64,000 nt of DNA from an uncultured Candidatus Poseidoniales archaeon (GTDB taxonomy: Archaea > Thermoplasmatota > Poseidoniia > Poseidoniales > Poseidoniaceae), in NCBI GenBank assembly GCA_902605365.1, contig CACLCM010000001.1, positions 6,762-70,761 on the forward strand, in the 5' to 3' direction. This document shows positions 10,596 to 20,177 of this stretch, in pieces. The position numbers were made by a program, and so were the translations under genes. The notes below the pieces were generated by a model. The model was not told the origin of the DNA. It was given only the letters and a program-made list of their open reading frames with translations, and searched no databases. The stretch's first letter is position 1; the number at the start of each line of letters is the position of its first letter.

Positions 10596-12110
10596 ATGGA
10601 TGATTGGTTAGGGCTTCACGATTTCATTTACTACCGCACTCGCGAAGGGGCGAATTTCCTGTTGGAAGATACGTTCCTTGAATCTTCAGCTAACGATATC
10701 GCATTCCTCGTTTACACGCTTTCGACATGTCTAACTGTATTTGGCGGAATCATGTTATCGATGTTCATGATTCTGTGGATTGAAAGAAAATTCTACGCTC
10801 GTGTAAATGACCGTCGTGGTGCTACAACAGCACTTCGCTCCCTATGGGTTGGAGAGAATGGAGTAACTGCAGGCGAATGGTGGAACATGATTCCTTACGG
10901 TTTAGGAAAACCGATTGGCGCAATCAATGGTTGGCTAAACAAAGTAGCCGGTAACTCAGGACACAAGCACGAAATGGTCAATCGTGTAGGCAACCGCTCT
11001 TGGTACGGTGTTACCATTTTCCCAGGTTTCTTCCAGAATGTTGCGGACGGAATGAAATTCCTTACCAAGGAACACATGGTTCCTTCTAGAGCCGATAAAA
11101 TCATCTTTGAATTAGCACCATTCCTGGTTATATCCTCTACAATTATGATTCTGGGAATGATTCCACTATCAAGTGGTATATACGGAGCGAATCCAGAACT
11201 TTCAGTATTATTCGCATTCGCAATATTCGGAATCGCACCTCTAGGTGTCTTCTTTGCAGGATGGTCTTCGAACAACAAGTACACTCTACTTGGAGGTATC
11301 AGAAGCGCTGCACAGTTAACCGCATATGAAATTCCATTACTACTTTCTATCCTAGGTGTCTGTATCATGGCAGGTTCATTCAACTTCCTAGAGATTGTTC
11401 ATTTCCAGCACTCTTCAGGAACCTGGTTGTTCTTCCTAATGCCACTTGGTGGAGTACTATTTTTGGTTAGTATGATCGCCGAAGTTGAAAGGATTCCATT
11501 CGATATGCCAGAAGCTGAAGCAGAATTGGTTGAAGGCTGGTGGACTGAATATGGTGGAATGAGATTCGGTCTCTTATTCGCAGCAGAATACATGCGTGTT
11601 TACGCAGCAAGTATCTTGTTTGCTCACTTCTTCTTAGGAGGATGGCACGCACCGTTTGCAGGAACAATTGGCTCGATACCTTACCTTGGGGATGCATGGC
11701 TAGCGATTCCAGGTGTGATTTGGACTCTGCTAAAGGCTTGGTTTATTTTCACAGTAGTATTCGTTTGGGCTAGAACTGCTCTGCCAAGAATCAGGACCGA
11801 CCAGATTCTAGAGTTCGGTTGGAGAATGTTACTGCCGTTAGCAGTTCTTCAAGTCGTACTTTCACTCGTATACCGTTTGTATTTCTTTGATGCCAGCGCA
11901 ATGTCTGATACAATTGCTGGCGGATGGACTTGGGACCTTACAGTCCTAGGATACAATATTCCTTGGGGATTACCTATCTTGACAACATTGTTCTGGATTG
12001 GTGTATTCACTGTACTAATGAAAGACGAGAATATCGAAGAGAATGAAGAGCGTATGTATCACATTCGAACGATGACTCCTGCGGGAACGCACATCGCAGG
12101 ACAGGAGTGA
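10596..12110 (+). CDS. nuoH: NADH-quinone oxidoreductase subunit H
   Basis: ERKFYAR, QNVADGMKFLTKE, GWSSNNKYTLLGG, RIPFDMPEAEAELVEG and LPRIRTDQ. ATG at 10596 follows a GAGGTGA RBS. Confidence 0.93.
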   Translation: MDDWLGLHDFIYYRTREGANFLLEDTFLESSANDIAFLVYTLSTCLTVFGGIMLSMFMILWIERKFYARVNDRRGATTALRSLWVGENGVTAGEWWNMIPYGLGKPIGAINGWLNKVAGNSGHKHEMVNRVGNRSWYGVTIFPGFFQNVADGMKFLTKEHMVPSRADKIIFELAPFLVISSTIMILGMIPLSSGIYGANPELSVLFAFAIFGIAPLGVFFAGWSSNNKYTLLGGIRSAAQLTAYEIPLLLSILGVCIMAGSFNFLEIVHFQHSSGTWLFFLMPLGGVLFLVSMIAEVERIPFDMPEAEAELVEGWWTEYGGMRFGLLFAAEYMRVYAASILFAHFFLGGWHAPFAGTIGSIPYLGDAWLAIPGVIWTLLKAWFIFTVVFVWARTALPRIRTDQILEFGWRMLLPLAVLQVVLSLVYRLYFFDASAMSDTIAGGWTWDLTVLGYNIPWGLPILTTLFWIGVFTVLMKDENIEENEERMYHIRTMTPAGTHIAGQE

Positions 12111-12119
12111 GGTGAGAAT

Positions 12120-13085
12120 ATGGCATCACATCCACATGGCAAGCCCAACTTTAGAAACCTATTTTGGTACCCGTTTAAGATAACAGGATTGACCGTTCTT
12201 AGAACCTATGAGTTCATCGGTCGTAGATTCTCAAGTGGCTATCACAATACAACTCATCCAGAGTTTTTGGATGACGGAGCTATCGCTCGCGCAGAGAAAA
12301 CAAAACATCTCAATGACATTACTGCACACCACTATACTCCGGACCGAGCAGGTACCGACCTGACACCTACCATTTGGAAACCCCAAACTGTAAGTTATCC
12401 TTATGAGAGAATTGAAGAGATTGAACCTTGGCTATTCGTTCCAGGAAATTACAATGGAAGAATAGGTGTCATCTGGGAAACATGTACTGCCTGTAAGATG
12501 TGTGTCAACGTATGTCCAAACTCTTGTTTGCACATGACCACAGAATTACGAGTCGACGTATTAGATAGTGCTGAAGGCGAATGGGAAGGATATGGCGCAG
12601 AACTTGAAGTCGGAAAGTTCGCTGCAATCGAAAAGCCAGAAGTATTTGCCTCTCTTGATACGTTCAATCAAGCTACTGCTCATGAAGATGCTCCACAAGA
12701 GTGGAGATTCGGTGAAGTTCTAGATCTAACCGGAGACAGTGCAAGAATGCGCTGGAATGACAGCGGTGAAGAAGACATTGTTTCATTGGAAACATTGTAT
12801 CCAGCCGATGACCAAATCGTTTCAGGTAGAATCGACTTAGGCCGCTGTATGTTCTGTGGCCTTTGCATGGAAGCATGTAACTTCACATCATTCTTCATGA
12901 CAAATGAGTACGATGGTATGTCTGGATTTAGCAGGCAAGAACTTTGGATGGACGCTAGTAGAACTAGAGTTCTAATCGGTGACCACCAAGAAGCAGTCGA
13001 TGCTGAATTAGCTAAGAGAGCTAGCAAAGAGCGTGACAAGAGAGCCAAGAAAGCGGCAAAGGCTGCTGCTGCAGGGGAGGCCTGA
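12120..13085 (+). CDS. nuoI: NADH-quinone oxidoreductase subunit I (2x[4Fe-4S]), enlarged
   Basis: CTACKMCVNVCP and DLGRCMFCGLCMEAC ferredoxin motifs; TVSYPYE; position between H and J. Confidence 0.88.
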   Translation: MASHPHGKPNFRNLFWYPFKITGLTVLRTYEFIGRRFSSGYHNTTHPEFLDDGAIARAEKTKHLNDITAHHYTPDRAGTDLTPTIWKPQTVSYPYERIEEIEPWLFVPGNYNGRIGVIWETCTACKMCVNVCPNSCLHMTTELRVDVLDSAEGEWEGYGAELEVGKFAAIEKPEVFASLDTFNQATAHEDAPQEWRFGEVLDLTGDSARMRWNDSGEEDIVSLETLYPADDQIVSGRIDLGRCMFCGLCMEACNFTSFFMTNEYDGMSGFSRQELWMDASRTRVLIGDHQEAVDAELAKRASKERDKRAKKAAKAAAAGEA

Positions 13086-13087
13086 TT

Positions 13088-13363
13088 ATGGATTTAGCAT
13101 CCTACTTGGAGATAGGCCTGTTCTTTCTGATGAGCACCATCGTCATAGGCGGTGCTCTGGGGCTAATCTACATGCAAAGAGTTGCACATTCAATGATGTG
13201 TTTGATTTTTTGTTTCATAGGAGTTGCTGGAGTTTTCATTTTAATGGGTGCTGAATTCTTAGCGGTAATTCAGATTCTAGTTTATCTTGCTAGCGTAATG
13301 TTGGTTGTTCTGTTTGGTATAATGCTGACCAGGCGTCAAATATTGGAGGAGGATTTCGAATGA
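13088..13363 (+). CDS. nuoJ: NADH-quinone oxidoreductase subunit J, N-terminal half
   Basis: GAEFLAVIQILVY and LFGIML; three TM helices. Confidence 0.88.
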   Translation: MDLASYLEIGLFFLMSTIVIGGALGLIYMQRVAHSMMCLIFCFIGVAGVFILMGAEFLAVIQILVYLASVMLVVLFGIMLTRRQILEEDFE

Positions 13364-13632
13364 GGCTCCTTTCTATCTTAGCCAGAGTTGGCCTTGTATT
13401 CTTGGGCGCAGTAATTATTTCTGCAGTTTCTGCAGATATCGTCTGGGAGGGTTCTTCTGATGAAGTACTCACCACAGGCGACTTAGCATCTGCATTGTTT
13501 GGAGATTGGGCATTGCCTCTAATGGCTCTTGGTTTCCTAATGGCAATGGCCATGGTTGGTGCAGCATACCTTGTTCGTGATGAACGCTTAATCAATCTAG
13601 AGTGGGAACTCAATGGAGGTGAAAAGCAATGA
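13360..13632 (+). CDS. NADH-quinone oxidoreductase subunit J, C-terminal half (split NuoJ)
   Basis: 'LASALFGDWALPLMALGFLMAMAMVGAAYL' matches the NuoJ C-terminal helix; ATGA overlaps on both sides. Confidence 0.8.
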   Translation: MRLLSILARVGLVFLGAVIISAVSADIVWEGSSDEVLTTGDLASALFGDWALPLMALGFLMAMAMVGAAYLVRDERLINLEWELNGGEKQ

Positions 13633-13931
13633 TCGACCCAGCATGGGTTTCAGGCTTAGCCGCCATTTTGTTCATCATCGGTCTTTGGGGCGCATTTAGT
13701 CGTAAGAATGCAATCGTCGTTTTGATGTGTATCGAATTGATGCTTAATGCAGTCAATCTACAATTTGTAGCTGCTGCTAGCCATTGGGGAGATGTAACTG
13801 GATGGGTTTACGCAGTTTTCGCAATCGCAATTGCAGCAGGAGAAGTCGCTATCGGACTAGCGATTTTCCTCTCAATGTATGGACAGCATGAGACGATATC
13901 TCTCGATGAGGTAAATCTTCTAAAGAACTGA
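13629..13931 (+). CDS. nuoK: NADH-quinone oxidoreductase subunit K
   Basis: RKNAIVVLMCIELMLNAVNL and AIAAGEVAIGLAI. Confidence 0.95.
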   Translation: MIDPAWVSGLAAILFIIGLWGAFSRKNAIVVLMCIELMLNAVNLQFVAAASHWGDVTGWVYAVFAIAIAAGEVAIGLAIFLSMYGQHETISLDEVNLLKN

Positions 13932-13940
13932 GGTGATATC

Positions 13941-16166
13941 ATGAGTGAGTCTGGAATCATCGATTATGCGGTACTTATCCCCCTGCTACCTATGTTAGCA
14001 TTCCCAGTCATACTGTTCCTTGGTAAGATGTTCAACGGAACTCCTACCTGGGTTAAGAATGTCAAGGAAGGAGGAATAATCGCCCTTACAGTAATGGGAG
14101 CAAGTTTGCTTCTTGCCTTGTTAGTAATCAAAGAACACATGCACCATGTTGGTACTGCTAACATCTTCACATGGTTTGAATCATCTTGGTGGAACCCTGA
14201 AACAGGGGCTATTACAACCAAGGTATTCGGTGTAGGTGTCTACATAGACCATCTTACTGTTATGCTGTTATTCGTTGCAGCATTCCTTTGTTTCCTGATT
14301 AACATATTCTCGATTGGATACATGAATACTGATCCAATCAATGATAACAGAAACCATCGCTTCTATGCGGAATTCGTATTATTCTGTAGCGGAATGCTAG
14401 GTATGGTTCTTGCGGATTCATTCCTTTGGCTATTCATCTTCTGGGAATTGATGGGATTGTGTTCCTACTTGCTAATTGGTTTCTATTATGAGCGCCCAAG
14501 TGCAGCATATGCTGCAAAGAAAGCATTCCTAACCACCCGTGTTGGTGACGTATTCCTTGTGATAGGTCTCATAATGCTCTGGAACTTGTTCCAGCCTTAT
14601 GCGGGCACACAGGGCGCCTTGTCCTACGCTGTAGTCTTTGACCCTGCAAATATTGCAAAAGTTAACCCTGGCGACCTGCAGATTGCATTAGGAATGATGT
14701 TCATCGGTGCAGTTGGTAAATCTGCACAATTCCCATTGCACGTCTGGTTACCGGATGCTATGGAAGGACCAACTCCAGTATCCGCTCTTATTCACGCTGC
14801 AACAATGGTTAACGCAGGATTGTACCTAGTTGCAAGGATGTTCCCATTCTTCAGCGGAGCTGAATTGGGCGCACTGTCCACCCTTGCAATCGTAATCGCT
14901 TGTATCGGTGGAATAACCGCTGTTATGGCCGCACTGATCGCTTTCGTACAGATGGACCTGAAGAAAGTCCTTGCATACTCAACAATGAGTCAGTTAGCAT
15001 ACATCTTCACTGGTCTAGGTTCCGCTCTATGGTTTGCAAATAACGGGTATGAGGAATTGGCAGCATTCGCAATGGGTGCTTCTCTATTCCACCTATTCAA
15101 TCACGCAATGGCCAAAGGGATGCTGTTCATGGCCTCAGGCTCTGTAATTCACGAAATGCACCATGCGCACCATGAAGTAGCACACCATGGTCATGATGAC
15201 GACCATGGCGATGACCATGATGATCACCACGATGACCACTTTGACGCTCAATCTATGGAAAATATGGGCGGATTAGCAAGCAGGATGCCGATTACGGCTA
15301 CTGCTATGTTCTTCGGTAGCATGTCCATTATTGGAATTCCACTTATTGGTGGGTTCTGGTCCAAGGAAGGAATTATTTCCAGTGCTTGGCAAGTCGCTAG
15401 AAAGGAACCAGTATTCTTGTTACCAGCAATGCTTGTTCTAATTGGCGCAGGTATGACTGGATTCTATATGTCCAGAATGTGGTTCATGACATTCGCAGGT
15501 AAGCCAAAGACTGAAGTTGCTGAGAAAGTACACGAGCAAACCGCTTGGATTCCAATTCCTCTAGTCATTTTGACATTCATGACTCTGGGCGCATTCATCT
15601 TAGCTGGAATGCACGCTGGCCATTGGTTAGGAGATTTCAATAACGGCCATTACTCCAATTTCTTTGACGGTATTGGCTATGAATTGGAGCATGTATTCAT
15701 GAATCATGACATGTTCTTATTCATACTTACTTATGTTGCAATTGGCTTGTCTTTAATCCTAGGTCCATCTCTTGCAATGTCCCTTTATGGTGGAAGTCTG
15801 GATGATGGACAGAAGGCAAAACCTTGGATGCAGTGGGCGATTTCCTTGTCTGCTAAGGTCAACAGTAAATCCAATTTCGATAACAGCGCATGGGCAAACT
15901 CAAGCCTATCAGAATCCCTGCACAAGAGGCTCCACTTCGACGATATTTATGACGCTGCTATGCTAAAAATCGTAGTAGGATTTGCAAATTTATCCGCTAT
16001 CTTCGATTCAAAGGTAATAGATGGTGTAATCAAAACCATTGAATCTACTAGCCAAGAAGTATCTAGAAGAGTTCGTTCACTGACTACCGGAAGTGCTAGA
16101 GATTACATTATGATGGCTACTTTAGGAACACTGGTCATCTTCATGTTACTATGGGGGGTGGCTTGA
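13941..16166 (+). CDS. nuoL: NADH-quinone oxidoreductase subunit L
   Basis: WELMGLCSYLLIGF, GKSAQFPLHVWLPDAMEGPTPVSALIHAATMV, KKVLAYSTMSQL; contains a His/Asp-rich loop. Confidence 0.95.
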   Translation: MSESGIIDYAVLIPLLPMLAFPVILFLGKMFNGTPTWVKNVKEGGIIALTVMGASLLLALLVIKEHMHHVGTANIFTWFESSWWNPETGAITTKVFGVGVYIDHLTVMLLFVAAFLCFLINIFSIGYMNTDPINDNRNHRFYAEFVLFCSGMLGMVLADSFLWLFIFWELMGLCSYLLIGFYYERPSAAYAAKKAFLTTRVGDVFLVIGLIMLWNLFQPYAGTQGALSYAVVFDPANIAKVNPGDLQIALGMMFIGAVGKSAQFPLHVWLPDAMEGPTPVSALIHAATMVNAGLYLVARMFPFFSGAELGALSTLAIVIACIGGITAVMAALIAFVQMDLKKVLAYSTMSQLAYIFTGLGSALWFANNGYEELAAFAMGASLFHLFNHAMAKGMLFMASGSVIHEMHHAHHEVAHHGHDDDHGDDHDDHHDDHFDAQSMENMGGLASRMPITATAMFFGSMSIIGIPLIGGFWSKEGIISSAWQVARKEPVFLLPAMLVLIGAGMTGFYMSRMWFMTFAGKPKTEVAEKVHEQTAWIPIPLVILTFMTLGAFILAGMHAGHWLGDFNNGHYSNFFDGIGYELEHVFMNHDMFLFILTYVAIGLSLILGPSLAMSLYGGSLDDGQKAKPWMQWAISLSAKVNSKSNFDNSAWANSSLSESLHKRLHFDDIYDAAMLKIVVGFANLSAIFDSKVIDGVIKTIESTSQEVSRRVRSLTTGSARDYIMMATLGTLVIFMLLWGVA

Positions 16167-17882
16167 TTGAGCGGTAGTCAAACCATGGATATCAAAAACA
16201 AGGAGTTCATGTTAGTCGGTGGCTTACTGGTTGTAGTCGCTGGCCTGATGGCTTTCTTCCCTTCACTTGGTGATTCTGATACCACTGTTGATTGGATCAG
16301 TATACCATTAGTTGGATTCCCAATAATAATCAGTGCAATTTTGCTGGCATTCGCTAGTCAAGAATCACGTTCACGCAAGGAGATTCTTGCAGCACCAATT
16401 CGCTTGTTTACACTATGTGCGTCTTTGATACCACTGGCGATTTCAACCGCTCTATTCTTCGATTGGCTAATCATGGTCGATTGGGATTTGATGTACAATG
16501 AATACGCTCTTCAAAAAGAGTATCTTTGGATTGAATCCATCGGTGTATCTTGGCACGTTGGAATGGATGGGCTATCTTTCCCAATGGTTTGGTTGACTAC
16601 ATTCCTTGTTCCTGTCACCATAATAATGACCTGGAATGAAAAAGATGGAGCAACATATCATCCGCTTCTATTGATGATGGGTGGAGCGTTAATCGGAGTA
16701 TTCGTAGCGCTTGATTTATTCTTGTTCTATGTATTCTGGGAATTGACATTGATTCCTATGTTCTTCTTAATTCTAAAGTGGGGCGGTAAAGACCGCCGCT
16801 ACGCAGCTCAGAAGTTCTTCATCTACACTTTCTGTGCATCTGTAATTATGCTACTAGGTCTGATTACACTCTATTTCCTACAACCTGAAGGAAACGGTTC
16901 ACAATATGGAACTGTTACCGGTCGAACCTTCGACATGACAGTATTGTTCTCAAACGCTTCAGCATACAATATGGGGGACAATGTATTCCTCGGTAAAGAC
17001 ATGCAATATGTTCTATTCGCAATGTTGATGATTGGTTTCTTGGTCAAATTACCAGCGGTTCCATTCCACACTTGGCTTCCAGATGCGCACGTTCAGGCAC
17101 CTACAGGGGGCTCTATGCTACTAGCAGGTGTCATGCTGAAGATGGGAGCATATGGAATGCTGAGAATTCCAATTGCAATTTTCCCCGACGCTCTAATATT
17201 CTATCAAGACATAATCATGGCTATTGGTTTAATCTCTCTAGTATGGGGTGCAGTAGTATGTCTTGGTCAAACGAACCTTAAGAGAATGGTAGCTTATTCT
17301 TCAGTATCCCACATGGGTGTAATTCTACTTGGAATCGCAAGTATGCAGCCTATTGGATATGCAGCAGCCCTCTTCATGATGTTCGCTCACGGAATAATTT
17401 CCCCAATGCTGTTCGCAGTATGTGGTGCATTCAAGCATCACTATCATTCGATGGAAATCGGCTCAATGCGCGGAATGGCTCGTTGGTCACCATTCCTTGC
17501 TGTGTACATGATGTTTGCATGGATGGCTAGCCTAGGTCTTCCTCTGCTTGCTGGCTTCGTTGCTGAATTGATGGTTCTAATCGCTTATTGGCCAGAATAT
17601 GGTTGGTGGATCCTTCTACCTGGATTTGTCCTAGCAATCACTGCAGCATACTACCTATGGTCTATGCAGAGAACTATCTTCGAAGGTGGAGATGAAGGAC
17701 AACCTCCTGAATCACTAAACGGTGAAACTCCTCCTGACATTACTCTATCAGAAAATATTGGAATGATTATCTTAGCAATATTCACTGTAATCTTTGGTAT
17801 CTTCCCATTCATTGCTTTGGGAATGATGGACGAATGGACTGTTGCCTTCTTCGAGGGAGTCTTCAAAAAGGGGGGGATTTGA
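16167..17882 (+). CDS. nuoM: NADH-quinone oxidoreductase subunit M
   Basis: FYVFWELTLIPM, KLPAVPFHTWLPDAHVQAPT, LLAGVMLKMG and AYSSVSHMG. Confidence 0.95.
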   Translation: MSGSQTMDIKNKEFMLVGGLLVVVAGLMAFFPSLGDSDTTVDWISIPLVGFPIIISAILLAFASQESRSRKEILAAPIRLFTLCASLIPLAISTALFFDWLIMVDWDLMYNEYALQKEYLWIESIGVSWHVGMDGLSFPMVWLTTFLVPVTIIMTWNEKDGATYHPLLLMMGGALIGVFVALDLFLFYVFWELTLIPMFFLILKWGGKDRRYAAQKFFIYTFCASVIMLLGLITLYFLQPEGNGSQYGTVTGRTFDMTVLFSNASAYNMGDNVFLGKDMQYVLFAMLMIGFLVKLPAVPFHTWLPDAHVQAPTGGSMLLAGVMLKMGAYGMLRIPIAIFPDALIFYQDIIMAIGLISLVWGAVVCLGQTNLKRMVAYSSVSHMGVILLGIASMQPIGYAAALFMMFAHGIISPMLFAVCGAFKHHYHSMEIGSMRGMARWSPFLAVYMMFAWMASLGLPLLAGFVAELMVLIAYWPEYGWWILLPGFVLAITAAYYLWSMQRTIFEGGDEGQPPESLNGETPPDITLSENIGMIILAIFTVIFGIFPFIALGMMDEWTVAFFEGVFKKGGI

Positions 17883-19571
17883 ATGGAAACAGAAGTATTC
17901 TCAACTGAGTTCTGGCAAGCATTCGCTCCTGAAATGGTTTTAGTTGTAGGTTTAGTATTGCTATTCATAATTCCTAACTTAGGAGAAGCAAAGTTCAGAG
18001 TTCCATTGACCAAGGTTAGAATTCCTTGGTTGTTTGGAGGTCGTAGATTCAAGTCCACAGGTTCACCTGCACTCCCTGGAATGCTAGGAACAGCAACACT
18101 CTTTGTTGCATTGGGCATGATGGTTATCGAAACAATCGATGGAGGATTGAGTACCACTACGGTTACGAGTGGAGATGTCACTCTGTTGCAGATAGATGCC
18201 TTCTCTCGCTTCTTTGAGATAATATTCCTTGCAGCGATTTTGATGGCATCTATGGCTAGTCTTGACAGAGTGCCAGCTCATACTTTCAAAGGGAATAAAA
18301 GTCTTGAAGAAATGTATGATAATCGTCGACAGGCCGACCTTTACATCTTGATGCTTACAACAGCATTGGGAATGTGTATGGTCGCTCTATCCCAAGATTT
18401 GTTCGTTCTGTTCGTCGGACTAGAACTTGCAAGTTTGGCGACATATATCTTAGTCGCATTCCACAAAGAATCCAAAGCAGGCGCTGAGTCCGGTGTGAAA
18501 TATTTCATCGTAGGTTCAGTCGCTAGTGGAATTGGTTTGTATGGTCTATCTCTTCTGTACCTAGAATTCGGTAGCCTCCAACTGTCAACATTGTCAGCTA
18601 ATTGGGCAGATGGAAGTATTCTCGCAACAATAGCTCTTGGTCTAGTTCTGGTCGGATTCGGTTTCAAGGTCAGCGCGGCACCATTCCACTTTGCAGCACC
18701 AGATGCTTATGCTGGAGCTAACTCTCCAATAGCGGGAGTATTGGCTACTGCGTCTAAAGCAATGGGAATGATTGGATTAATTCGAATACTCCTTGTGATC
18801 GCTTTACCAGATACAGGAACAGATGGTAGCGCAATTTGGATTTACACCCTTGCCACACTTTCGGTAGTGACTATGACTTGGGGCAATATTGCCGCATTGG
18901 GCTCAACCAATCCAAAGCGTATGTTAGCCTACTCATCTGTTGCCCACGCTGGTTACATGATGGCAGCACTGACAGCGGTTGGTGCATGGCACTGGGGCCA
19001 TGTCGAGGCTCCTGCAGATTACGCTGAAGCAATAGTTGCTGCGATTTTATTCCATCTCTTCGTACTTGTAGCATTCAAACTTGGAGCATTCCTCGTACTG
19101 GGACTACTAGAGATGGAGGGTGGCGCTAGCCGACTATCTGCACTATCTGGATTAGCACGCAGAGATCCTCTAATCGGAACTTCAATGTTCATCTTCATGC
19201 TTGCTTTGGCGGGTGTGCCACCATTAGCAGGTTTCATGTCTAAATTCCTAGTAATTGCTAGCATAGTGTCTACTAGTGTCGGTGACCAATGGGTAAATGG
19301 TTCAATCTCATTCTCTGACCTCCATTGGGTCTGGTGGCTTGCACTAGCCATGTTCATCAACAGTGCAATTTCGGTATTCTATTACCTACGCATTGGTGTC
19401 GTGATGTTCCTAGACATACCTGAAGAAGGCCGCAGAAAGCCACTTCCATATGGTGCATCTATTCGCATGGCAATCTGGATTTGTTTGGTTGCGACTATAA
19501 TTCTTGGATTATCTGCAGACACGCTCATCGATATGTGCTACCGTGCCGCAGAGAGCCTAAAACTAGCTTGA
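17883..19571 (+). CDS. nuoN: NADH-quinone oxidoreductase subunit N
   Basis: AESGVKYF, GFKVSAAPFH, KRMLAYSSVAHAGY and LAGVPPLAGF. Confidence 0.95.
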   Translation: METEVFSTEFWQAFAPEMVLVVGLVLLFIIPNLGEAKFRVPLTKVRIPWLFGGRRFKSTGSPALPGMLGTATLFVALGMMVIETIDGGLSTTTVTSGDVTLLQIDAFSRFFEIIFLAAILMASMASLDRVPAHTFKGNKSLEEMYDNRRQADLYILMLTTALGMCMVALSQDLFVLFVGLELASLATYILVAFHKESKAGAESGVKYFIVGSVASGIGLYGLSLLYLEFGSLQLSTLSANWADGSILATIALGLVLVGFGFKVSAAPFHFAAPDAYAGANSPIAGVLATASKAMGMIGLIRILLVIALPDTGTDGSAIWIYTLATLSVVTMTWGNIAALGSTNPKRMLAYSSVAHAGYMMAALTAVGAWHWGHVEAPADYAEAIVAAILFHLFVLVAFKLGAFLVLGLLEMEGGASRLSALSGLARRDPLIGTSMFIFMLALAGVPPLAGFMSKFLVIASIVSTSVGDQWVNGSISFSDLHWVWWLALAMFINSAISVFYYLRIGVVMFLDIPEEGRRKPLPYGASIRMAIWICLVATIILGLSADTLIDMCYRAAESLKLA

Positions 19572-19615
19572 AATTAGTATCAGCCTTCAAGTAGGAAGGG
19601 CTTTTGGATTGAGTT

Positions 19616-20125
19616 ATGGGCCGCAGGCGCGAAGAGAGAGTAGACGAGGAAGAATTAGCTCGTCTTATGGGTTCAGCAGGAGCAGAGTCCTCTAAAATTC
19701 GTGTCAAGATGCCTAATACAAAGGTCAACGAAATGTTCGCAATCGCAGAACAAATCCTAGGTGGCCGCAGAGTAACTGTACTCTGTGCGGATGGAGAGAC
19801 TAGAATGGCTAGGATTCCTGGAAAAATGCGTCGTCGTCAGTGGGTCCGTGATGGAGATCTGATTATTGTATGGCCTTGGGATTTCCAAGATGCAAAAGCA
19901 GATGTAAAGCATCGCTATACTAAGACTCAAGCTCTTTACCTTTCAAGAAAAGGAGTTCTACCTCCTGACGTAGATATCTTTGGAATGAATACCCAAGTTG
20001 ATGACTTTGAAGATGAGGATGGATTATTCGCATCTGGTGATGATACTCCAGAAGCACAATCAGAAGAAGCCGTTGAGGAAGCGGAAGATGATGATGACGA
20101 CGAGATCAACGATCTCTTCGGCTGA
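19616..20125 (+). CDS. eif1a: Translation initiation factor aIF-1A with acidic C-terminal tail
   Basis: 'LGGRRVTVLCADGETRMARIPGKMRRRQWVRDGDLIIVWPWDFQ'; part of the conserved aIF1A-RIO1-KH cluster. Confidence 0.93.
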   Translation: MGRRREERVDEEELARLMGSAGAESSKIRVKMPNTKVNEMFAIAEQILGGRRVTVLCADGETRMARIPGKMRRRQWVRDGDLIIVWPWDFQDAKADVKHRYTKTQALYLSRKGVLPPDVDIFGMNTQVDDFEDEDGLFASGDDTPEAQSEEAVEEAEDDDDDEINDLFG

Positions 20126-20177
20126 ACATACTTTCAATGCCACGTCATCCTCATTACTATGCGAGGAGGTCTAGAAA

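Noticed and set aside
13088..13632. nuoJ pseudogene or frameshift
   Set aside because: Both halves have clean ATGA overlaps, and split NuoJ/FpoJ is known in archaea.
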